Shown here one piece after another: positions 53,657 to 64,000 of a stretch of DNA of 64,000 nt. The position numbers were made by a program, and so were the translations under genes. The DNA comes from Lama guanicoe. Its lineage: Eukaryota. The notes under the pieces were generated by a model, which was not told the DNA's origin, ran no database searches, and saw nothing but the letters and a program-made list of their open reading frames with translations. The stretch's first letter is position 1, and each line of letters starts with the position of its first letter. The stretch spans positions 7,863,220 to 7,927,219 of the forward strand of contig MU054323.1 of assembly GCA_013239625.1 (NCBI GenBank), given 5' to 3'.

Positions 53657-53995
53657 GTTATGTGTTTGGCTGGGTGCAGACTTGTCCTTACCACCACTGG
53701 CCTCCTGGGAGGAACAGGCAGCAAGGATGACTCCAGAGACGCTGCCAGCCTGGGCTTTGAGGCTTATGAATTCATGAGCACAGTGGGTTCCACCTTCCGA
53801 CATGAAGTACAAACTACTTCACAGCCAGACTTCACCAGGAGGGAGAGACGGTCATAGCTCAAGGCACTTTAATCAAGGCACACACCCAGGGCGAGTTTGT
53901 TTTCCTTCTGGTTACTCATACATCTAGACGCTACTCTGCTGGAGACCCAGCATGGCTGGCATCAGTGGGCGAGTGACCAGGACGTGAGGGCCTGC

Positions 53996-54202
<207 letters not shown>

Positions 54203-54205
54203 CTA

Positions 54206-54394
<189 letters not shown>

Positions 54395-54873
54395 TCAGGT
54401 AGAGGGAGAGCCAAAGGCGCAGGATGTGAGGGAGGGCCGGCCCCAGTCAACCTTCAACTCTAGGGAAGATGCCACCCGCGGAAAAAGACAGCAGAGAGTG
54501 ACATGCCCCACTTAACCTGACACTGAGCACTGAGAACAGGCTCTGGCAGGGCAGGCAGTATCTTGACATCAGTAGTTGTAAGTTACACATAAATAATAAT
54601 AATCTATCGTTAATGACGATAAATGATGTGGACCGAGGATAATCGCCTTCTCGGTGCTGAGACCGCAGAGGGCAGGCTTCCCAAGGCTCGGCTGCAGTCC
54701 TTACACTGATGCCTGGCAGAGAACAAGGTGGAATGTGGAAGGGCCAAAAGTGTTAAGAATCAGGAATGTTCTCTATGGTCACGTATGGCGATCATAACAA
54801 AAAAGATGGAAGAGGGGCCCAGAAGCTGGGGAGAAACACGCTTCTGCACCCTCGGCCCCTCACATAAACTTAC

Positions 54874-54988
54874 ACCTCAGGGTGAGGAGCCAACTTCAGA
54901 CTTGCCAAAATGCTGTCCATGTCAGAATTCAAATTCTTACTCTTCACACCCTCCTGGTAGATGTAAAAGCCCTTCCCAGACTTGCGAC
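54874..54988 (-). CDS. HADHA: HADHA exon 18 (115 nt)
   Basis: [39 protein letters not shown]; GTaag donor. Confidence 0.96.
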
Positions 54989-55667
54989 CTAAAGGACGCG
55001 GGAAAGGGAGAGTTACAGGTTCTCAGCACACGGGCCTGAGACAGTCTGCTGCAAAGCTCTAGCCTCTTCTGCACGCCTGCACTTGTAGATCCAGCCCACC
55101 CTAGAAATTAGTGTTTGTTGGAAGAGTTGGCAGAGAAGGAGAAAAGATCTTGTGTTTCCTGCAGCTTGGACATCTGTGTATCTGGGTGGGAAAGGCCACG
55201 TGAGTGAGTTTTAATGTCCAGATATGCAACACCAGACCCTAGGACACTCAGGACCTACTGCTGATTTTGCTGCTGCTTTGCCAAGAGAGAAGGCCAGCTC
55301 TTCGGTGGGCCTCAACTACGTGCTCTGTACTTAGAGGCTTTCTTTCTCCCCTCAGGTAGTCAGACAACAGGGAGAGCCTGGCCATAATGCTCCTGCAGCA
55401 TCACAGACATAGGAGAGGCCTTATGCAGGATGAGATGCCTGTCAGTCCTGCACAGTCTGGGCAATGGCAGAGCCTTCTGCCTTTTGTCTGTGGTCTATAG
55501 GCCCAGCCTAAGAAGAGGTTGTCATGAAATGATTTTTTAAATTCCCTATGTGGTGAGCTCTATGTTTAAGAAACACACTTTTCTACACTTTGGGCCTTCT
55601 GTAACTCTTTGGTCTCAGGAAACTTTGTCACTAATGGTGCTAGTTATGTTTCTTTGCAGCTACTCAC

Positions 55668-55863
55668 CCAGGAAACCCCTGGATACCATCTGCTTCAGCA
55701 ATTCTATGTTTCCACCTGCAAACCGATCCCCAAAGGTTTTGCCTAGATCTTCTGCTACGTGTTTTGCGACATCCACACCAACTTCATCCACCAGTGTGGC
55801 AGCGCCCACAGGAAAGCCAAAGCTCGTGGTCAGGGAATCCAGCTTCTTAGGGTCAACTCCTTC
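55668..55863 (-). CDS. HADHA: HADHA exon 17 (196 nt)
   Basis: [66 protein letters not shown]; GTgag donor. Confidence 0.97.
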
Positions 55864-56641
55864 CTGGATGGGGAAGGAAAGCTGGGATCTCAGGGGAAGG
55901 CCTTCCCAGATTCTCCTAAGGGCTCCCTGGACTGGCCCTCAGAAACAGCCCTGTGTAGCACCCACTTCTCTTCTGGGTGCCACCTGGCCAGGCCCAGGAC
56001 TGGGACTGTTTCACTCAGGGAAGCACAAAGAAGTTTGGGAGCCACAGGGGGAAAGTCTGAGCCTTCCCTAACCCACAGCATTTTAAGGAAGTCTAGAGAT
56101 GAACAAATTATTCATTTCCTTCTTGTTTGCAATCCTGAATCTCAATAATAACGAGATTCCATGGCAGACAGGGCTAAGTCTCCCATTACCAAGGAGCAGT
56201 GCGGTAGAGTCTCATGATCCCCATGTCTGATCAGAGCCCCGTGAGGAGGGGCCACGCCCCTTCCCGCCAGTGAATGACCCCTACAGCCGCCAGAGGGCTC
56301 TGCGTGTGGCAGAGGCAGATGTAGCACCAATCAGACCAAAGGGCCCTCTTCTGGATGTGGGAGGCAGAAACAGCACACGAGAGCATGTCAGGAGGCCTCT
56401 GGCTTGAAGAAGCAGGGAGGATGAGAAGGGGGCAGAGCTAAAATTCTGCCTATTTTAGTCCAGCATTAGCCCATAACTTCCCAACACCACGTGGAAAGGG
56501 AGGGAACCAAAGGGCCTTTGGGGAGAAGAGCCAGGAGTTAGTGCATTAGAAGGAAGCCTCTTCCTCACCCTGACATTACCAGTTTGGAGTGCTGGTTTAA
56601 GGAGTGGAAGATATCACCAAAAGTCCAAGAGTGATACCAAC

Positions 56642-56710
56642 CTGGAGAATTCTGATGACTTCAGACATCATGGGTGCGAGGCACCTGGTGGTATAGAAGC
56701 CAGGTCCATC
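56642..56710 (-). CDS. HADHA: HADHA exon 16 (69 nt)
   Basis: [27 protein letters not shown] flanks. Confidence 0.97.
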
Positions 56711-57123
56711 CTGCCAAGGGAGAGAACATGAGCTCACTGGCCCCTCAGTTGAGGGCACTGCCTGGATCTGAAAGCAGTGTCCCTCCCCCAGAAGTCATTT
56801 CAGAATTCAAGGTGATTTATAATCTCAATCAGAATCCTTAAAGTTAAACTGCAGGGGAAGCCATCGCCAGAGGCAGCCCAGCTTGAATCCAAGAGCACAG
56901 CAGACGGTCTCATGGCCACCTGAAAGGTCTGCAATGGCTGGGAGAACCTCCTGTGTCCCAGACAATCCCCACCCCAGACCCTGGCTCAGCAGTACAGTCA
57001 CACCATTGTCCACACTGTAGATGACCAAGGGGAAATCATACCAAAAGCTGGTGTATTTGCCCCAGAAGAGTTACAAACAAGCCTGGAAGTATCAGGAGTC
57101 GTCATAGAACTCTTCTGAATCTA

Positions 57124-57339
<216 letters not shown>

Positions 57340-57737
57340 CTAACAGCATTTTTGTTTGTTTGCTAAGAAAGCATTGCAGAGAAAGGGGGTTGTAATATAG
57401 GAATACTGCTTGACACAGTCGAGTGGTTTGGCTCCACGGTACTTTGATAAAGAATTCCGCATGCTCAGAGGAGCGCTTACAGGCATCCTCTTTCATCTGC
57501 TGGGGCTTTTCACTAAGGGAAGTGGGTCCTGCTAATAATTAATGCCCAAAACACAGCTAAAGGCCAAACTAGATTTACTGGGGAAGCATGAATGAGGGTT
57601 CATTTATATTAATGATGCTGATGGTTTGGGTGAGATGCTCCACTTTTTTCGGGAGGAGGTGGGTAGAGCAGGCAGAAGAATTAATGTGCTGGACTGTCAG
57701 AGACGTACTTGGATTTTACAAAGGAGGGTCTCACCAC

Positions 57738-57978
57738 CAGCCAGCCCTTCGTAATCCCAGATTTCACATACATAGTTTCAACCAACCATGGAACCAACTG
57801 ACTGAATCTCATTCAACCAACTGGTTTGAATCCTCGGATGTGAAACCTGAGGATATGGAGGGCTGACTGTAGTCACTGTACCACACCATTTTATATAAGC
57901 TACTTGAGTTTCCATGGATTTTGGTATCTGCTGGGGGTCCTGGAACTAATCCCCCACGGGTACCGAGGGACGGCTGTA
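57738..57978. mobile_element. MER2/MER2B-like TcMar-Tigger MITE
   Basis: Terminal inverted repeats cagccagcccttcgtaatcc ... gggtaccgagggacggctg followed by TA. Confidence 0.75.
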
Positions 57979-58031
57979 CTGGGTTTAAATAATATTTCTC
58001 AACACTCAGATGCCCTCAAAACTCATTAAAC

Positions 58032-58212
58032 CAGTGATTCTCAAAGTCTCAAAGTCTCAAGGCAGCATGCATACCACCTGGGCATGTTAGAACTGCACAT
58101 TCTCAGGCCCACGCCAGACTTACTGAACAAGGAGCTCCAGGGGCAGGGCCCAGATCTGTGTTTAGGAAGCCTTCCAGGTGATTCTGATACATGCTGAAGT
58201 TTGAGAACAACC
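58032..58212. mobile_element. MER5A-like hAT-Charlie MITE
   Basis: cagtgattctcaaagt...ttctcaggccc...ccaggtgattctgat...aagtttgagaac. Confidence 0.8.
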
Positions 58213-58309
58213 TCATTAAGCTAATAATTATAGTCTTCACAACTGAATTGTGAAAAAGTCTATTCATTAATTTATAGTTTTGCCCCTTCACTTTAGCTAT
58301 AAGGTATAA

Positions 58310-58520
58310 CGAGTATCTACCATTTACTGACTGCTTACTACCCACTATTCGTTAATACAGTCATCATTTATCCCTTACATTTAATCTGTTACAACTCTGT
58401 GAAGTAGTCAAATTATCTAGATGAGGAAGAAGGATATCAGGAGGTTAAATTTAGTAGCCCAGGGTCAGTTAGTAAATGGCAGAGTGGGATTCCAGCAAGG
58501 TTGGCCTGTCTCCACAGCCT
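58310..58520 (-). mobile_element. MIR SINE
   Basis: catttactgactgctta...gatgaggaa...gaggttaaat...cccagggtca...agtaaatggcagag core. Confidence 0.6.
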
Positions 58521-59760
58521 GCCCACTTACCAGTGTGTAATGCACAGGTCACTTAAATGTGACACCAACTTATCAATCCAAAAGTTCCTTCTAACTTCTA
58601 AATTGTTCTTTTATGTCTAAAATACTTAATAAGATAGGACCCGTATCAGCTGGAACCACTGAGCAAAAGCAATCAGCCTCTACGATATATAATTTATATT
58701 CAATAAAATGCACAGATCTTAAATGTTATCAGTTTGATGAGTTCTGACAACTGTTTATATACCCACGTCATCACTACCCCATGCAAATCTATTTACATCT
58801 CTCAAAAAAGTTGTGCCGAAAGTGACCAACTTTGTCCTGGATTGCTGAGACTCTCCCAGCAATCAAAGGCACAACAGTCTTCTCTGCTGGCTTTAAATGC
58901 CGTGGAGGTGCTTCCAGTGATGTGGCACGGACAGATCGTCCCTCTGCCTTTGTCCCACGTCTGTCTCCCCTCAGTGCCCCACCATCCGCTGCCACTTCTC
59001 CCTGTCACCTCTTCTCTCATTACCGAACCTACCTCTATTGGTCCCACGTCACTTCTAATCTGCTGTGTGCCAGGGAACAAGATTGCCCTGTGTTAGCAAG
59101 CTATTACAACAGGAATAAATAGGCTTTTGTGCTCTTAGCACATGGACTTTGTATTAACAATTTCAGCTACTTAAGGGACTTATAGTTCCTGCCTACTTTT
59201 GGATGGTTCTGATTGGCTGGGGCTAACTGGTATCCTCCAGAGAGGCGAGGTGTTTTATTTTTCCTTGAATGATTTCACTTGATTTCTCTGGTAGAGAGCA
59301 GAAGGCCAAAGATAAATTTCTAGGCATCATTCCAAATGCTCACTGAAAGTGCTTCTACACCTGCCCCTCTCATGTCCTGGGTAGAGGGTCTAAGCGAACC
59401 CATGGGTGGACACATCCCCCACACCCCTGCTCTTCCATTCCCAATCTGGAGTTGGAACCAAACCCATCCTAGACAGTCACCAAAGTCTGCTCTGTAGCTC
59501 AAGGGTTATTCTGGAGCATTCCTTCTTATTTTAGGGCCTATCTTCAATACCCAGCTATAATAAAGGTAAGAATAGCCTGAACCTGGATAACAATACCCAT
59601 TAGAGAGGCAAATCACCTATAAAGGTACATTTTAGTTGTACTTCACTTGCTCCAGCATCTCACACTGGTCATGGTACTAGCCTTTCTGTGCCCAGTTTTG
59701 GGGACTACACCATCACCCTTGTCCACTTCATAATCCACACCAATCTCTTCTCACGATCTA

Positions 59761-60024
<264 letters not shown>

Positions 60025-60644
60025 TCAGACAGAAGACACCTCATCCTTCACCTTTGTAAGAACAAGCCCTAATGTGCGTGCCTATTTCATGTTATAGTGT
60101 TTTACACCACTGTACACACTGTACAGAAACAGTACACCACTGTAATTCTATCCACAGTATGTGAATACTATTATTTATCAACCTGGAAAACAGTCTCTAA
60201 TGTAGACTGTCTCAGCATTCTGCCCACAACCCCAACTTATTTGTTTTTATTTGGATGCTTAGATGAAAAACATGGAAGTCACATCTGTCAAATTTGTGCA
60301 AATCTGGGACAGGCCAAATCCTAACATTAAGGTTCAAGATACATTCAATACACTGAAAAGCTGAGTGTAACATAAGATCAGTTATAATGAGGATAAAGGT
60401 AAAGTACTGCATAAAGATCTTGTAAAAAAGAAAAAAAGAGGAAAAAAAGAACTGGATGGGCACCTAATGGGCAAGACCTAGCCTGGCAGTAAACTTGTGC
60501 TAAAGATCCCATGATTTTGGTTAATCAAAAGTATAATGTAGGGGAAAGGAGATCCTGACCATAAGAAAGCTAACAGTCTCAAGTTGCATTACCGGGGGTA
60601 TGGTAGCCAACGCTGGTGGGAAAGTTCTCTATGGAGAGCAAACC

Positions 60645-61085
60645 AATGTCTCCGAAGATGGCTGGCAACAATTCTTCCCCTCCTTGCACACGTGCGTCTC
60701 TCCTCCCGTCCAGAGGCAGAGTCTCTTTCCCTTCCCTGAAATCTGGGCTGGCCTGTGACTTGCTTTTATCAGTGAGAAGCAGCAGAAGCGACCCGGCCAG
60801 TGCCAGGCCTCACCTTAGCAAGCCCGCTAGCTTCTGCTTTTGCTCTCCGGGAGGCCAGTGGCCACGCTGCAGAGAAGTTCCGGCAGGACTACCAAGTGGA
60901 GATGGGCCACGGGGGAAGGGAGGCGCCCCGGCCAAGCTTTTATTTGAATGCAGTCCCGTGAGTGACCCCACTGGGAAGCCACACAGTGACGGACCAGCCG
61001 CCTCTGCAGAGCCCTGGCCGAACTGCAGAACTGTGGAGGGTTAGTTGTTTCTGTGGTTATTTGTTACACGCCCAGAGAACACTGA
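60645..61085 (+). mobile_element. MLT1-type (MaLR) solo LTR
   Basis: aagatggc...tgaaatctgggctggcctgtgacttgcttt...agcttctgcttttg...gtggttatttgttaca. Confidence 0.7.
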
Positions 61086-62751
61086 GCCGTGGTGACAAGT
61101 GAGAGAGGAGGGGTCTGGAGACAAGGATTATGAAGATATCAAAGGAGTTAGTTTGTTTAGTTCTGTGGAGAGGAAGAGAAATGAAGTTTTAAATCCCCAA
61201 GGAACTATCACGTGGACTCAGCTTTAACATTTTCTTACGAAGAAAGTGGAGGCCAGGTGAGAGGATGCCCTCCTAAAGGCCTTTCACCTCAAATTTTTGA
61301 TTTTCTAACTATAGCTCTGTTCTGGACCTCACTCTTTCCTACTTTCTGAATAACTTTGAGTATCTCCTACCCTAGATGATTTCACTAACATCACTAAAAA
61401 GGTAAAGGTCTCTGACACGTTATACAAATAACTACAACATATGAAATATTTTGGATTTTACCTTTAGCAATAATCTTCCTGCCTAAAGCCACCATCTCTC
61501 TTCTTGCTGTCTGCTAAAAATTCCTGATTCCCTGAGTACCCTCCCCTTCCCATCTGTCTGGTTCCTTCCCTCTATGGACTGCACACGGACACATAAAACC
61601 CCTTGACTTTTCTTTCTCTTTCCTCTCCAGGTTCTGCCTCATCCATCTCTTCTCCCTTAACCTTTATGTTTCAACAGGAACCACTACATTGATTTGCTCA
61701 TAGTCTGCACTTCTCTTGATCTGATCCCTCTTCTTTTTCTCTTTTCCTTGACCACTGGCTTCCCAACTGCTCAAATTAACAAATTTTTCTCTACTCTGAT
61801 CCTCCCAAACCCTGATCTTCCAAAGGCAAATACCATCATCTAGTCAGGTGGTAAATGCTCTTTCAGTGGTAAAAAGGCCGTGTCTTTCTGCGGCTCCTCA
61901 GCCTACCGACCACTGGCTCAGCAGCGCCCACAGAGCCCCGGGAACGTCGTCGACGTATCTCAGCTGAAATGCCATCTCGCATACATGGAATACATGTGTA
62001 CCCAGCTCTTCTAAATTTTCTCCCTTAGCTGAATCTATATTTCATTCTGTCTAAAGATTTTGGAATGTGTTTCACAAGTAGACACTGTCCCAAACAGAGC
62101 TGTTTGTCTTTAGTTTCTAAACCCTCATTAGGTTGAGTCATTAGTAGAGCGGAGACCGTCCTCACGTGGAAGGGAGTCTTAGGAGTAGGCCCACTGCTCA
62201 AGACACCTGGAGCACTGCTGAGGCAGTGTCACTGTACTTACACCATTCACTAACCTACACTGTGTATTGCTCTGGAGGCTAGTCAAGGCTCTGGGTCTGT
62301 CTCATGCCTGGATCACTGCCATTTCTTCTTTCCTTCCTCCTTCATACTGCCCGCTACAAGTACTTATTTTGTTCATCTCAATAACTGACTACGTACGGCA
62401 TTTAGACTCAAGACCAAAGCGGCACTTCCACAAACTGAGCATCTGAATCCTGCCTGGAAAAACTGTTTCTCTCCTATTTCCTTTGCTGCCTAATGAAGTT
62501 TATGTATAGCTTGCAGCCAACCAAAAATGTCAAGACGTCTGCCCACACGCCTTGAGGCTATTTGTATATTTGGGTGACTGAACTCTCACTCACATAAGGC
62601 TACGAACCCCGTGCTTAGGTTAATAAGCTACTTGTTTGTCTTCCCTTAGGGCCCTGATTTGACCTTTATAACGTACACAGTGCGCATGAGCTCACATAAA
62701 AACTTACGTTTGGGAGACAACAGCCCTATAAAGAGAACCACGAGTTTCCTA

Positions 62752-63054
<303 letters not shown>

Positions 63055-64000
63055 TTACTGAGTGTCCATGGGCCAGAGAGCGTGCTCTGTTTTCACCAAC
63101 TCAGTGAGGTAGTTGCGTTACTCCCTTGCTCAAAGGGGCTCAGAGGGACTTGTGGTCAAAGAACTAGTCGAGGGAAGGTATTAGAGTCAAAGACAAGGTT
63201 GACCCCCACATCCACGTTCCTTCTAGTATTAGGTGTCTCTAAACACCCAACCTGCATAAACGATACCACTTGTAAAACAGTTAAATCTGCCAAGAGGAGT
63301 AAGCAGGAATCCCAGAAAGGCACAACAAAAGGGCAGCTCTGGTAATTCTCTACCTAAAATAGAGGGAAGAGCCAACATGTGTCCTGGACCACAGGGGTTT
63401 ATACTTGCTTACATATCATTTTGTTATTCTGTAATTGTGATCTACTGGAGGACAGAGACCAAGCATTGTTTCTTATATTTTTAATCCACTTCCTGATCAG
63501 CACCTAGAAAGCACATTGTATTGATTACATAAAATATTAACTCAAGGTTTCTTCTTTCCCAAAGAGAGATAAAAAGGATTCCTGCTACTCAGACACTTAA
63601 CTGATTATTTTCTCTTGCCAAGGAAAACAGGCTCTCTTAGGCTTTAATCTAACCACAATTTCAGAATAAATGACCTAGAGTTTTCCTCTGAATGAAGAAT
63701 GAAGCTAAACGCCATTCATTAGTTTCCTTAACCAAAAGAAAAATTAAAGCTACAAGGCAAGTTCAAAGAAGTAGTCAGTGAAAGCCTTAAAAGTATAGAT
63801 TCAAATATGCTGGTTTCTGACAATCACGTCAGCACTCAGCAACAAGATGCCTGCGAGAGCGCAAAACAGTATTAGTTGCTCTAATTCCAATGCCTAATGA
63901 AACTCTTCCCAAGAAAGGGCAGGACACGTGCGTGTCCCATGCCAGCAGGACGGTGAGGGCACTCACCACCACAGAGCCTGATGCTTCTGAGACAAAAAGG

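Overview
Mammalian genomic DNA, most likely a camelid (two tRNA-Ala-derived Vic-1-type SINEs; no Alu, Bov-tA/BovB or PRE-1 recognised). It covers the conserved RAB10-GAREM2-HADHA block. Genes: the last four coding exons and ~2.4 kb 3'UTR of RAB10 (+), all six coding exons of GAREM2 (+; spliced CDS 2538 nt, 845 aa), and the last eight exons (13-20) of HADHA (-). All splice sites are GT-AG and phases are consistent. The RAB10-GAREM2 interval is repeat-rich. It holds a decayed processed pseudogene of HIKESHI split by an L1 fragment, and an LTR-internal-LTR ERV1-class provirus (30850-36139; AAAG target-site duplication, Arg-type PBS, PPT, gag-MA and env-TM remnants, no recognisable pol) ending ~2.1 kb upstream of the GAREM2 start codon. 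The most notable anomaly is an apparent in-frame 60-nt loss in GAREM2 exon 1 relative to the human protein as I recall it. I found no evidence for a wholly new multi-gene system. Exon numbers and comparisons to human are from memory, and repeat family names and boundaries are by-eye calls.
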